The notes: generated by a model from the letters alone, not told the origin. Positions 1 through 10,090 are shown, counted from the stretch's first letter. The stretch: DNA of 57,976 nucleotides from Gemmatimonadota bacterium (GCA_020344015.1 CP070812.1:4573990-4631965), one strand, 5' to 3'. Program-made: numbers and translations.

Positions 1-711
1 GGCCCGATGGCCGTCAAGACCGAGAACGCCTTCCCGGTCACTAACGTTTTCGTCGACATCGGCGGTAGGGATGTAGGAGGCTACGTGCGTGATGCGCGGC
101 GCGCCGTTGAAGAACAGCTCGTGCTGCCGACCGGCTACACGCTCAGCTGGAGCGGCCAGTACGAGTTCATGCAGCGCGTCAGCAAGAAGCTCCAGCTGGT
201 CTTGCCGGTCACGTTGGGGATCATCTTCCTGCTGCTTTACATGAACTTCCGCAGCGTCGGCGAGTCGCTGATCGTCATGCTGGCGTTGCCGTTCTCGCTC
301 GTCGGTGGTGTCTGGTTCCTCTGGCTGCTCGGCTACAACACGAGCGTAGCCGTCTGGGTCGGCTTTATCGCGCTCGCCGGCGTCGCCGCTGAAACGGGCG
401 TCGTGATGCTCATATATCTGGATGAGGCGTACGAGCGCCGTCGCGCGGCGGGTCAAATGAACGAGGCCTCGGATGTGGCGATCGCGGTGCGTGAAGGCGC
501 TCTAGAAAGACTGCGTCCGAAGATCATGACGGTGACCGCTATCACGGCGGGACTGGCGCCGATTCTCTGGAGCAGCGGCACCGGCGCCGACGTGATGAAG
601 CGTGTTGCCGCGCCGATGGTCGGCGGGATGGTGTCGGCGACTATCCTGACGCTTGCGGTTATCCCGTCTATATACCTGCTCTGGCGGCGCTGGCAGTTGA
701 GGGCCGCATGA
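1..711 (+). CDS. cusA: CusA/CzcA-family heavy-metal RND efflux permease, C-terminal part (5' truncated by window)
   Basis: WSGQYEFM, VAVWVGFIALAGVAAETGVVM and RLRPKIMT..AGLAPIL..GTGADVMKRVAAPMVGG are typical of the CusA C-terminal TMs; frame open from base 1. Confidence 0.9.
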   Translation, partial: GPMAVKTENAFPVTNVFVDIGGRDVGGYVRDARRAVEEQLVLPTGYTLSWSGQYEFMQRVSKKLQLVLPVTLGIIFLLLYMNFRSVGESLIVMLALPFSLVGGVWFLWLLGYNTSVAVWVGFIALAGVAAETGVVMLIYLDEAYERRRAAGQMNEASDVAIAVREGALERLRPKIMTVTAITAGLAPILWSSGTGADVMKRVAAPMVGGMVSATILTLAVIPSIYLLWRRWQLRAA

Positions 712-747
712 CCAGGCTGGCGGGGGTCGGCCGAAACCAGTCGAGAC

Positions 748-960
748 TCATTCGCTGACGGTCGCCTGGTAGCCGGCGGCCTCGACGGTGCCGACCAGGT
801 CGGTGGCCTCAACGGTGTCCTCGACCTCCAGGACCGCCTTCTTCTCGGCCAGGTAGACGTCGGCAACCTCGACGCCCGCGACCTGTGAAAGGGCGGATTT
901 GACCGAGTTGGCGCAGCCCTCGCAGCTCATGCCCGTGACGTTCAGCGTGATCGTTTTCAT
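748..960 (-). CDS. copZ: CopZ-like heavy-metal-associated (HMA) chaperone
   Basis: 70 aa, GMSCEGC metal-binding motif, C-terminal AAGY; RBS (GAGGAG) upstream on minus strand. Confidence 0.88.
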   Translation of the reverse strand: MKTITLNVTGMSCEGCANSVKSALSQVAGVEVADVYLAEKKAVLEVEDTVEATDLVGTVEAAGYQATVSE

Positions 961-1056
961 CGAGTGTCGTGCGCTCCTCAGGTTGACGGCTTCCGCGTTG
1001 AGCGGCTAGAGTACGCGACTATCCTAACGGCCGGTACCATCCGAAGCGGCGAAGGC

Positions 1057-3120
1057 ATGAAGGTCTATACCACAGCCTGTCCACGCAACTGCTACAGCAC
1101 CTGCGCCATGAAGGTGCAGGTGGAGGACGGGCGCATTCGCCGGATCGAGCCGCACTCCGGTAACCTGGCCACGCCCGGTGGCGCCTGCCTCAAAGGTCTC
1201 AGCTACGTGGAGCGCGTCCATTCGCCGGATCGGATCCTCCACCCGCTGAGACGGGTGCCGGAGAGTGGCGCGTTCGAGCGAATCTCGTGGGACGAGGCGC
1301 TCGATGCGATCGCCGAGAAACTGGTCGAGCTGAAGGCCGACCCGGGCCCGCAAAGCATCCTCTACTACAGCGGGAGCGGAACCAAGGGCCTGCTGAAGGG
1401 TGCGGGCAGGGAGTTCTGGCGGCTGTACGGCGGTTGCACTGCGACCTACGGCGACCTCTGCTGGCCGGCTGGGCTGGAGGCGACGCGTCTGACGCTCGGC
1501 GCGAACAAGCACAGTGCGCCCTGGGACATTGCGGATGCGAGGCTGATCGTCCTCTGGGGCAAGAATGCCGCCGAGACCAACATCCACCAGATGGCTGTCA
1601 TCGACCAGGCGCTCGACGCGGGAGCGAAGCTGGTCGTCATCGATCCGCGGAGGACGCAATCGGCAGAGCGCGCCGAACTACTGCTGCAGCCGCGGCCGGG
1701 CACGGACGGCGCTCTGGCGCTGGCGATCGCTCACCTGCTGATCGGGTCGGGCTGGATCGATCGGGAGTACATCGATAAGCACGTGCACGGCTACGAGGCG
1801 TTCGCCGAGACCGTGGCCGACTTTACACCCGAGCGGGCGGCCGAGATCACCGATATCCCTGCTGAATACATCGAGCGACTGGCGGAGCATTTTGGCACGA
1901 TCAAGCCGGTGACGGTGAGCCCCGGCTTCGGCATGCAACGTTTCACGAACAGCGGGCAGACGATGCGGGCACTGCTTGCGATCCTCGCCATAACCGGCAA
2001 CATCGGTAGGCCGGGTGCCGGCTGGGTCTACGCTAACCTGCAGAGCCACATCTTCGAGCCTGTACTGGACCCCATCGCTTTCTATCCACCGGAAGAGCCG
2101 GACGGTGTGGTGCGCGTTTCGATATCCACGGCGCGCCTCGGTCCCGAGATGTTGGCGACTCAGGACCCGCCGCTGCGCATGGCCTGGGTGGAACGGGGCA
2201 ACCCGATCACCCAGAACCCGGAGACGAACACTGTGCTGGAGGCGTTTCGTGCCCTCGACTTCCGGGTCGTGGTCGAGCAGTTCCTCACCGATACGGCTCG
2301 TGAGGCGGACATCGTGCTGCCGGCGAAGACGATGTTCGAGCAGTCGGACGTCATAGGCGCCTACTGGCACGCCTACGTGCAGCTCAAACAGAAGGTGATC
2401 GATCCGCCGGGTGAGGTGAAGCCGGAAACGGAGATCTACAGACTGCTGGCGCGGCGGTTGGGGATAGCCGAGGGCGACGATCCGATGATCTTCCCGGTCT
2501 CCGACGATGAAGTCGACGCGTACCTGGAGCGAGCGCTGGAGCCGTTCCCGGAGCTCAGCCTCGAGCAATTGCGCGAGGGCCCCCTGCCGGCGCCGGGCGG
2601 CCAGGATGTGGCGTTCTCGGATTTAGTTTTTCCGACACCCTCGGGTAAGATCGAGCTCGAGTCCGCCGAGGCCGAACAGCGCTGGGGCGTGGCTCGGGTA
2701 CCGACCTATGAGGAGCCGGTCGAGTCGATTCGCGCGGCGCAGGCGGCAGCGAACGACCACCTGTTGTACCTGCTGACGCCGAACACGAAGAACCGGATCC
2801 ACTCGCAGTTCGGCAACCTGAAGATGATCCGCCAGTTCGACGACGCGCCGGCGGCGTACCTACATCCCGATGATGCGCGGGAACGCGGGATAGGCGACGG
2901 CGATTGGGTGCGTGTGTTCAACGAGCGGGGTGAGCTCGAGCTTGAGGCGCGTCTCGACAACGGGCTCAAGCGCGGCTGCGTATGCGTCACCAACGGTTGG
3001 TGGATCAGCGAGGGCGGCAACGTGAACTTCACATCGGCCGCGCGAGAGACCGACATGGGCCACGGCGCAGCTTTCCACGAGAACCGGGTCGAGGTCGAGC
3101 GGTTGAGCGATGCCGAATAG
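1057..3120 (+). CDS. Molybdopterin (bis-MGD) oxidoreductase catalytic subunit, DMSO reductase superfamily
   Basis: N-terminal CPRNCYSTC...CLKG Fe-S motif, ISWDEALD, VVIDPRRT, RPGTDGALALA, ADIVLPA, HPDDARERGI binding domain; start moved to ATG 1057; no Tat signal. Confidence 0.9.
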   Translation: MKVYTTACPRNCYSTCAMKVQVEDGRIRRIEPHSGNLATPGGACLKGLSYVERVHSPDRILHPLRRVPESGAFERISWDEALDAIAEKLVELKADPGPQSILYYSGSGTKGLLKGAGREFWRLYGGCTATYGDLCWPAGLEATRLTLGANKHSAPWDIADARLIVLWGKNAAETNIHQMAVIDQALDAGAKLVVIDPRRTQSAERAELLLQPRPGTDGALALAIAHLLIGSGWIDREYIDKHVHGYEAFAETVADFTPERAAEITDIPAEYIERLAEHFGTIKPVTVSPGFGMQRFTNSGQTMRALLAILAITGNIGRPGAGWVYANLQSHIFEPVLDPIAFYPPEEPDGVVRVSISTARLGPEMLATQDPPLRMAWVERGNPITQNPETNTVLEAFRALDFRVVVEQFLTDTAREADIVLPAKTMFEQSDVIGAYWHAYVQLKQKVIDPPGEVKPETEIYRLLARRLGIAEGDDPMIFPVSDDEVDAYLERALEPFPELSLEQLREGPLPAPGGQDVAFSDLVFPTPSGKIELESAEAEQRWGVARVPTYEEPVESIRAAQAAANDHLLYLLTPNTKNRIHSQFGNLKMIRQFDDAPAAYLHPDDARERGIGDGDWVRVFNERGELELEARLDNGLKRGCVCVTNGWWISEGGNVNFTSAARETDMGHGAAFHENRVEVERLSDAE

Positions 3121-4486
3121 CTTCCTCTTCGACCCGAACCGTTGCACGGGCTGCGGCGCCTGCCGGCTGGCCTGCAGTATCGAGAACCAGCTCGAGCCCG
3201 AGCGCAGCTGGCGGCGCATCGACACGTTCAATCGCACCCGGCACCCTGGCGTACCGCTCTATCATCTGTCGCTCGCCTGCAACCACTGCACTGAGCCTGC
3301 TTGCATGTTCGCCTGCCCGGCGCTCGCGTACACGCGCGACGAGGAGAGCGGCGCGGTTCTGCTTGAGGAGGATAAGTGCATCGGGTGTAGGTACTGCGCC
3401 TGGGCATGCCCGTACGACGCGCCGGTCTTCGAGCCGCCGCGCGGTGTGATGACCAAGTGCACGTTCTGCCACCATCGGCTGCAGGAGGGGCTGAAGCCGG
3501 CGTGCGCGTCGCTCTGTCCCACCGGCGCCCTCGATTTCGCAGACGTCCCGGAGGCCGAGCTCGAGAGCAGCATCCCCGGCTTCCCGGCCACCGATCTCGG
3601 GCCGCGGGTGAGGATCGAGCCGCTGAATGAGAGTAGACGGCTACCGCTGATGACGGAGCCGGATGTTGCCGAGCCCTATTTGGCGGCGGCCGAGAGGCCG
3701 ACCACGGGCGTCACGCTCAGGTCGGAATGGACGTTGTTGCTCTTCACCGTGTTGGGGGCGACGCTGGTGGCGAGCGTCGCCGCGACGCTGGCCTCCGCGT
3801 TCTCGATCAGGCCGATCGTGTTCATCGACGCCGCCGTCGTCACGATGGCACTCGGCTCGTTCCACCTGGGCAAGGTGAGCCGGGCCTATCGGGCGATCCT
3901 CAACCCGAGGCGCTCCTGGCTTAGCCGCGAGGTCGTGATGATGTCGAGCTTCTTGGCGCTCGGCGCGGTCTATCTGTGGCTGACTCCCTGGAACCGTGTG
4001 TTGGGCGCGGCCGCCACGCTCGCAGGTTTCCTGGGGCTGTTCTGCGCCGATCAGGTCTACAGTGTCCTGAGTGCGTCGCGTCCCGCCTACAAGCACAGCG
4101 CCAGCGTACTGTGGACCGGTCTCTTTCTGGCCGCCGTGTTCGCCGGGTCGTGGTTCGCCGCGCTCTTCGGCGTCGGCAAGCTTGTACTCTACGTCCAGAG
4201 GAAAAACGAGTTCACCGATGCGGGCCTGCCGGTACGACCGTGGACGAGCTTGGCGCGCGTCGTCTTCGGTTTCGCGATTCCCGTGGCTCTGTGGTTGGCC
4301 GACCCGACGGGAACTCAGGTCGTGCTGATCGCCAGCGTCGTGCTGGGCGAGCTCATCGATCGCGGTGAGTACTACGCCGAGCTCGAGTCGGAATCACCGC
4401 GCCGTCAGATGGGAATCGACCTCGAGGAACAGATTCGCGCCTACCCGGCCGCCGATCGGCGGCTCGTCGCCTCGGCGGGCGACTGA
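3110..4486 (+). CDS. 4Fe-4S dicluster (DmsB-like) protein fused to DmsC-like membrane anchor
   Basis: CTGCGACRLAC, CNHCTEPACMFACP, CIGCRYCAWACP, KCTFC..PACASLCP, then EWTLLLFT, SFHLG..RAYRAILNPRRSWLSRE and several TMs. Confidence 0.88.
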   Translation: MPNSFLFDPNRCTGCGACRLACSIENQLEPERSWRRIDTFNRTRHPGVPLYHLSLACNHCTEPACMFACPALAYTRDEESGAVLLEEDKCIGCRYCAWACPYDAPVFEPPRGVMTKCTFCHHRLQEGLKPACASLCPTGALDFADVPEAELESSIPGFPATDLGPRVRIEPLNESRRLPLMTEPDVAEPYLAAAERPTTGVTLRSEWTLLLFTVLGATLVASVAATLASAFSIRPIVFIDAAVVTMALGSFHLGKVSRAYRAILNPRRSWLSREVVMMSSFLALGAVYLWLTPWNRVLGAAATLAGFLGLFCADQVYSVLSASRPAYKHSASVLWTGLFLAAVFAGSWFAALFGVGKLVLYVQRKNEFTDAGLPVRPWTSLARVVFGFAIPVALWLADPTGTQVVLIASVVLGELIDRGEYYAELESESPRRQMGIDLEEQIRAYPAADRRLVASAGD

Positions 4487-4567
4487 GTTCCAGCGGGGTT
4501 GACGCCCGCCATGCGCTGGTGGGAACTTGTCTGAGACGGAACACCGTACGCTCCTACTTATAGAGAG

Positions 4568-5281
4568 ATGAGAGCACGTCGAATTGGCGCGCTGGCGTTT
4601 GCGCTTATGCTCACCCTCGGTCCACAGGTGGCGGCGCAAGAGCGGGACGCCTACGAGCGCGAGCGCGAGGAGATGGTACGTCTGATCGAGGCGTACGGGG
4701 TTCGCGATTCGGCGACACGCGCCGCCATGCGTGCCGTGCCGCGTCACGAGTTCGTACCCCGCGAATCTGTCGGGCGGGCGTATGGCGACTACCCGCTCCC
4801 TATCGGCTACGGCCAAACGATCTCGCAGCCATACATCGTCGCCTTCATGACCGAGATCCTAGAAGCGACTTCGGGGATGAAGATTCTCGAGGTGGGTACT
4901 GGGTCCGGTTACCAGGCGGCAGTACTGGGGGAGATCGGCTGCGAGGTCTTCACGGTGGAGATCTTCGAGGCGCTGGCGACGAGCGCGCGCCAGCGGCTGG
5001 AGCGGCTGGGGTATGGGAACGTGACGGTGCGACACGCCGACGGTCATTACGGTTGGGTGGAAGAGGCGCCGTTCGATGCGGTGATCGTCACGGCCGCCGC
5101 CGGACACATCCCGCCGGCGCTGGTCGAGCAACTACGGCCGGGCGGTCGCATGGTGATCCCGGTGGGGAGCGTCTACGGCGTCCAGAACCTCATTCTGGTG
5201 GAGAAGCACTCGGAGGAGGACGTACGTACCCGCAATCTGTTGCCGGTGCGCTTCGTACCGATGCTGCAGGGGTTACGCTGA
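4568..5281 (+). CDS. pcm: Protein-L-isoaspartate O-methyltransferase with N-terminal signal-peptide-like extension
   Basis: VPRHEFV, AYGDYPLPIGYGQTISQPYIVA, LEVGTGSGYQAA, APFDAVIVTAA, QLRPGGRMVIPVG. Confidence 0.93.
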   Translation: MRARRIGALAFALMLTLGPQVAAQERDAYEREREEMVRLIEAYGVRDSATRAAMRAVPRHEFVPRESVGRAYGDYPLPIGYGQTISQPYIVAFMTEILEATSGMKILEVGTGSGYQAAVLGEIGCEVFTVEIFEALATSARQRLERLGYGNVTVRHADGHYGWVEEAPFDAVIVTAAAGHIPPALVEQLRPGGRMVIPVGSVYGVQNLILVEKHSEEDVRTRNLLPVRFVPMLQGLR

Positions 5282-5286
5282 ATCGT

Positions 5287-7692
5287 GTGACGATCACTGG
5301 CCGCCCGCTGGCCATCGCTCTCATCTCGGCTAGCACGCTTGCCTACGAGATCCTCCTCGTCAGGATCTTCGCTATCGAGCAGTTCCACCACTTTGCCTAC
5401 ATGGCGATCGGCGTCGCCATGCTGGGTTTCGGTGCCGCCGGTACCTTCCTCGCCCTCGCCGTGCCGGGTAGGGAGCGCGCCGAACGCTGGTTCAGGTGGG
5501 CGGCGCTCCTGACCCCGGTCGCTCTCCTGGCCAGCGCGGCTCTGGTACATCGAGTGCCGCTCGACGCCACGCAACTGCCGTGGGACGCATGGGCGTGGCC
5601 GCGGCTTGGGCTGATTTACCTGCTGCTCGCCGCACCGTTCGCGGTAGGTGCGTCGGTGGTGCTGCTGGGACTAACCCTCGAGCCGGACCGCGTTGGCGTG
5701 CTCTACGGTGCGAGCTTCCTGGGCGCGGGTCTCGGGGCGTGTCTGGCGCTGGCGATTCTCTGGATCGCTTTGCCCGAGCGTGCCCTTGCTTCGCCCGCTC
5801 TGGCTGCATCGCTAGGCGCGATCGCCTCCGCCCAACTGGCTGCGCGGAGGAGGCTTGCGTCCCTTGCGGCCATCGCCGGCCTCGCCCTCGCCGTGGCGGC
5901 GCTGGTGCGACCGTTCTGGCGTATCGAGGTGACCCCATACAAGGGGCTGCCGCAGGTAGAGGCGTTCCCCGACGCGCAGCGCGTTGCCGAGCGGGCGAGC
6001 CCGCTGGGCTGGGTCGTGGCGGTGGATGCGTCAGCGTTCCGTCACGCTCCCGGGCTGTCGCTCCTTTACCGCGGCACCTTCCCGACGCAGACGGGGCTGT
6101 TCGTGGATGGGCAGACCGCGGGAGCGGTCAGCCACTGGGGAGAGGCGGGCGCCGGCACGGACATGTTGGACTGGCTGCCGTCGGCGGCACCCTACGCGTT
6201 GGGAGGCCGCGACGATGTTCTGGTGGTTGGTGCTGGTGGCGGGACGGAGATATGGAACGCCCTGACCCACGGCGCCGCTGCGGTGACCGCGGTGGAGCTG
6301 CATCCCGAGCTGCTGAAGCTGTCGGGATGGGTGGGTGAGGGTCGGTCGCGCCGCGGGGCGGCGCGGGTCGTGACCGCCACCGGCGATGCGCGGAGCTATG
6401 TGGCGGGCTCGCGGGACAAGTTCGACCTCATAACGCTGAGCGCCGGTGTCGCGTTTGGTGCATCGGCGGCCGGCGTTTACGCGCTCAACGAGGATTACCT
6501 CCACACGGCAGAGGCGTACGTCGGCTACCTGGAGCATTTGAGCGATGACGGCGTGTTGGCGGTCACCCGATGGCTGATGGTTCCGCCGCGTGAGAGCGTG
6601 CGCGTCATTCTTACGGCCGGCGAAGCGCTGAGCCGGGTCGCGCCCGAGAACCTGATCGACAAGCTGGTCGTCGTGCATAGCTGGGCTACAACGACCGTGC
6701 TAGTGAAACCGTCGGGCTTCAGAGCGGAAGAGACACACGCGCTAATGCGTTGGGCCCGGGAAAGGCGGTTCGACCTCGATTGGTATCCCGGCATCGAAGG
6801 TCCCGCGACTGGGTTCAACGTTCTGGAGGAGCCGGTACTCTACCGCGCCGCTGCAGCGGCGATCGGCGGTGAGGAGAGCGCGGAGCGCTTCGCCGCGGCA
6901 TACCCGTTTCGCGTGTCACCTGTCGATGACGCCCGACCCTATCCTCACCACTTCCTGAGAGCCGGGTCGCTGGCGGCTTTTCTGGGCAGCGACCGAGGGT
7001 CGTGGCTGGCCTTCGCCGAATGGGGTTATGTGGCGTTGATCGCGACTCTCGTACAGAGCGTGGTCCTCGCCGCGCTGTTGATGATCCTGCCGGTGCTGGC
7101 TCGAGCGCGAACCATGGTGACGGGGAGCTGGCTACGGCTGGTCGGCTACTTCCTGGCGATCGGGCTCGCTTACCTGATGGCCGAGGTGGCCGCCATCCAG
7201 CAGCTCAATCTGCTGCTGGGACATCCGGTCTACGCCGTGGCTGCGGCCCTGGTCGCCTTCCTCGTCTTCTCGGGTCTGGGCAGTGCCTGGTCGGACGGGC
7301 GGCCTGGGCGGTATGGATCGATCGCCGGGCTGATATTGGCCGGGATGCTGGGTTGCTGCGCGGCGCTTCTGCTGGGGCTCATCCACCTGCTGGTCTCCGC
7401 GCCGCTGGTGTTGCGGGCGATCGTCGCGCTGCTCGTTCTTGCACCGCTCGCCTTTGTGATGGGCTTACCGTTCCCGCTGGGGCTGCGCGCGCTGGCGCGG
7501 GATCGTGCGCAGGGGATCGCCTGGGCGTGGGCGGCGAACGGATTCGCTTCGGTGGTGGCGACGCCGCTCGCCGCGCTCATCGCGCTTGAGGTGGGTTCAA
7601 ACTTGTTGTTCTTGTGTGCGGCGGCCGCCTACGCCGGCGCGGCGCTGCTGGGCCGCGCCGGCGCGGAGCCGTTGAAGCTGGCTGGGGCCTAG
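5287..7692 (+). CDS. Large polytopic membrane protein with central spermidine-synthase-like SAM-binding domain
   Basis: N- and C-terminal TM blocks around VLVVGAGGG..VTAVELHP..GDARSYV..KFDLI; DDARPY and WAWAANGFASV motifs; start uncertain (CTG 5278 or GTG 5287). Confidence 0.8.
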   Translation: MTITGRPLAIALISASTLAYEILLVRIFAIEQFHHFAYMAIGVAMLGFGAAGTFLALAVPGRERAERWFRWAALLTPVALLASAALVHRVPLDATQLPWDAWAWPRLGLIYLLLAAPFAVGASVVLLGLTLEPDRVGVLYGASFLGAGLGACLALAILWIALPERALASPALAASLGAIASAQLAARRRLASLAAIAGLALAVAALVRPFWRIEVTPYKGLPQVEAFPDAQRVAERASPLGWVVAVDASAFRHAPGLSLLYRGTFPTQTGLFVDGQTAGAVSHWGEAGAGTDMLDWLPSAAPYALGGRDDVLVVGAGGGTEIWNALTHGAAAVTAVELHPELLKLSGWVGEGRSRRGAARVVTATGDARSYVAGSRDKFDLITLSAGVAFGASAAGVYALNEDYLHTAEAYVGYLEHLSDDGVLAVTRWLMVPPRESVRVILTAGEALSRVAPENLIDKLVVVHSWATTTVLVKPSGFRAEETHALMRWARERRFDLDWYPGIEGPATGFNVLEEPVLYRAAAAAIGGEESAERFAAAYPFRVSPVDDARPYPHHFLRAGSLAAFLGSDRGSWLAFAEWGYVALIATLVQSVVLAALLMILPVLARARTMVTGSWLRLVGYFLAIGLAYLMAEVAAIQQLNLLLGHPVYAVAAALVAFLVFSGLGSAWSDGRPGRYGSIAGLILAGMLGCCAALLLGLIHLLVSAPLVLRAIVALLVLAPLAFVMGLPFPLGLRALARDRAQGIAWAWAANGFASVVATPLAALIALEVGSNLLFLCAAAAYAGAALLGRAGAEPLKLAGA

Positions 7693-9059
7693 GGCCAGAT
7701 ACCCCGTTCGAGGGTCACGCGCGCCACGCGCTCGATAGCTACCACGTAAGCGGTGGTGCGAAGATCCACCGGTTCTAGGGCGTCATCTCCGTGGCTGCGT
7801 CGTTTGCGCTCGGTTTCCAGACTATCGAGTGACGAGTTTATCTTTTGCTGCCTTGCGAGCACCGCATCGGTCGCTCGTTCCATCTTGACGTGCATCTTCA
7901 GGTTCACGTCATCCTCGTCCCACTGCTCGTACTCGTTGTTCTGGACCCACTCGTAGTAGCTCACCGTCACACCGCCGGCGTTGGCCAGGATGTCCGGCAG
8001 CACCGGGATCCCGCGCTCGAACAGGATCTTGTCGGCGGCCGGCGTCGTCGGTCCGTTCGCCGCCTCAGCAATCAACCGCGTCTGGACGTTGGCTGCGTTG
8101 TCGCCGCGGATCTGGTTCTCGAGAGCTGCCGGGATCAGTATGTCACAAGGAATCTCCAACAGTTCCTCGTTGCTGACCTTCTTGCTGCCCGGTAGGCCGA
8201 CCACCGAGCCCGTCTCTTTCTTGTGCTTCACCGCCTCGGCGTGGCTGATACCGTTAGGGTTGTGGATGCCTCCGCGCGAGTCGCTTATCGCGATGATCTT
8301 CGCGCCCTCTGCGGCGTAAAGGTCATGGGCGATGGCGCCGGCGTTCCCATAGCCCTGTATCACGACCGTTGCGCCCATCACCGAGTTGAGCCCCGGCACC
8401 AGGCCCTTCGCGAGAGCGCGCTGCGTGCAGAACAGGCAGCCGCGTGACGTCGCCTCATTGCGGCCGTAGGAGCCGCCGATCTCCACCGGCTTGCCGGTCA
8501 CGACACCGAGGTTGTTGTTCCCCTTGTGCATCATCTCGTAGGTGTCGTAGATCCAGGCCATCGTCTCGGCGTTGGTGTTCACATCGGGCGCCGGCACGTC
8601 GGTGAACGGCCCGATCATGTCACCCAGCTCGGCTACGAAGCGGCGCGTGATCTTCCGCACGTCTTCCTTGGTGAGCTGCTTCGGGTTGCAGATGATGCCG
8701 CCCTTGGCTCCGCCGAACGGAACATCGAGTACCCCGCACTTCCAGGTCATCCAGAAGGCGAGGGCACGTACCTCGTCCTCGGTGACATCGGGGTGATAGC
8801 GGATACCGCCCTTGCCCGGACCGCGCGCCCGGTTGTGCACGCAGCGGTAGCCGATGAAGTTGCGCACCTCGCCGTCAGCGGTCTCGATTGGGAACTCCAC
8901 CGTGATCACCCGGCGTGGCCGCTTCAGGAACTCTACCAGCCCCGGTTCCAGATCCGGTATGTAGCGCGAAGCGTGCTCGAACTGGCTTACGGCGATGTGG
9001 AAGGGATTCAGGTCCTCGACGGGGGCTGCCGCTGTGTCCTTCTTCTTCTTGTCTATCAT
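7689..9059 (-). CDS. gdhA: Glu/Leu/Phe/Val dehydrogenase (probably glutamate dehydrogenase)
   Basis: GPGKGGIRYHP, MTWKC, PFGGAKGG, DVPAPDVNT, QGYGNAG, EAANGPTT, PDILANAGGVTVSYYEWVQN. Confidence 0.93.
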   Translation of the reverse strand: MIDKKKKDTAAAPVEDLNPFHIAVSQFEHASRYIPDLEPGLVEFLKRPRRVITVEFPIETADGEVRNFIGYRCVHNRARGPGKGGIRYHPDVTEDEVRALAFWMTWKCGVLDVPFGGAKGGIICNPKQLTKEDVRKITRRFVAELGDMIGPFTDVPAPDVNTNAETMAWIYDTYEMMHKGNNNLGVVTGKPVEIGGSYGRNEATSRGCLFCTQRALAKGLVPGLNSVMGATVVIQGYGNAGAIAHDLYAAEGAKIIAISDSRGGIHNPNGISHAEAVKHKKETGSVVGLPGSKKVSNEELLEIPCDILIPAALENQIRGDNAANVQTRLIAEAANGPTTPAADKILFERGIPVLPDILANAGGVTVSYYEWVQNNEYEQWDEDDVNLKMHVKMERATDAVLARQQKINSSLDSLETERKRRSHGDDALEPVDLRTTAYVVAIERVARVTLERGIWP

Positions 9060-9088
9060 TGGTCGTTACATCCTCCCTCGGAGCTCGC

Positions 9089-10090
9089 TCAATCGATGAA
9101 ACCCTGATCGTCCATACCGCGCCGGCCAAAGCCCGCGCCGCCCTTCTTGAAGAAAGCGGCATCCTGCGCGTAGCTGGCCGTCAAGCCTTCGATCCGCGCC
9201 ATCTCTTCCGCGGACAGCGGTTGGAAGTTGGCGGCAATCGAGACGTTTTCCTCGAGCTGTTCCACGTTGTCACACCCGACGATCGTCGTACTCACGGGAT
9301 GGGTCATCACGTAGGACAGCGCGTCCTTCATCGTCGTCACACCACCCTCGCGGAACATGCGGCCGCGGGCCGGGATCTTCATAGCGATGATCCCCAACCC
9401 CTTCTCGACGGCCAGCGGAAGCAGTTCGTCGGCGAAGGGCAAGAAGTGAGGATCTGCCGGGTTCAGCGCCAGCAGTATCGTGTCGAATTCGAAAGTATTG
9501 AGCGCGCTTACGAGCGTCGCCGGATCATAGTGGCCGGTGATGCCGAGGAAGCGCACGATGCCTTCGTCGCGCGCCTGCTCTAGAGCTTCGATCGCGCCGT
9601 TGCCACCGAAGATCGTATCCAACTGCTCCTGGGTGCGCACATTGTGCAGCTGCCAGAGGTCGAGGTGATCGGTCTGCAGCAGGCGGAGGCTCTCCTCGAG
9701 CAGGCGCAGCGAGCCGTCCCGTGTGCGGTCGTGCGTCTTTGTGGCCAGGAACACCTCGTTCCGCCGGGTCGCCATGACTTCGCCGATGTAGGTCTGCGAG
9801 ATCCCACGGCCGTAGGCGGCGGCCGTATCGATGTAGTTCACGCCGAGGTCGATCGCGCGGTTGATGATGGTGATCGATTCGTCGTGAGTGCCGTCTCTCT
9901 CCAGCGTCGCCTGGCCGCCGAGGCTGAACAGTCGCACGTTGTACCCGGTGCGGCCGAATGGCCGCTCGGGCATCGGGCTCTGAGCGCTACCGTCTGCACC
10001 GAGGGCACTCTTGCAACCGAGGGCGAAAGCGGCGGCGCCGCCCGCTCCCACTTTCACGAAGTCCCGGCGGGTGAACTTACGGTTCGCCAT
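9089..10090 (-). CDS. Aldo/keto reductase with twin-arginine signal and possible lipobox
   Basis: TRRDFVK Tat motif, ALGC lipobox-like, GVNYIDTAAAYG, FLATK, LQTDHLDLWQLH, GIVRFLGITGH. Confidence 0.9.
   Translation of the reverse strand: MANRKFTRRDFVKVGAGGAAAFALGCKSALGADGSAQSPMPERPFGRTGYNVRLFSLGGQATLERDGTHDESITIINRAIDLGVNYIDTAAAYGRGISQTYIGEVMATRRNEVFLATKTHDRTRDGSLRLLEESLRLLQTDHLDLWQLHNVRTQEQLDTIFGGNGAIEALEQARDEGIVRFLGITGHYDPATLVSALNTFEFDTILLALNPADPHFLPFADELLPLAVEKGLGIIAMKIPARGRMFREGGVTTMKDALSYVMTHPVSTTIVGCDNVEQLEENVSIAANFQPLSAEEMARIEGLTASYAQDAAFFKKGGAGFGRRGMDDQGFID

Noticed and set aside
1057-3120. Selenocysteine recoding in the Mo enzyme, HesB or MOSC proteins
   Set aside because: No in-frame TGA; Cys at the relevant positions; these ORFs end in TAG or TAA at full length
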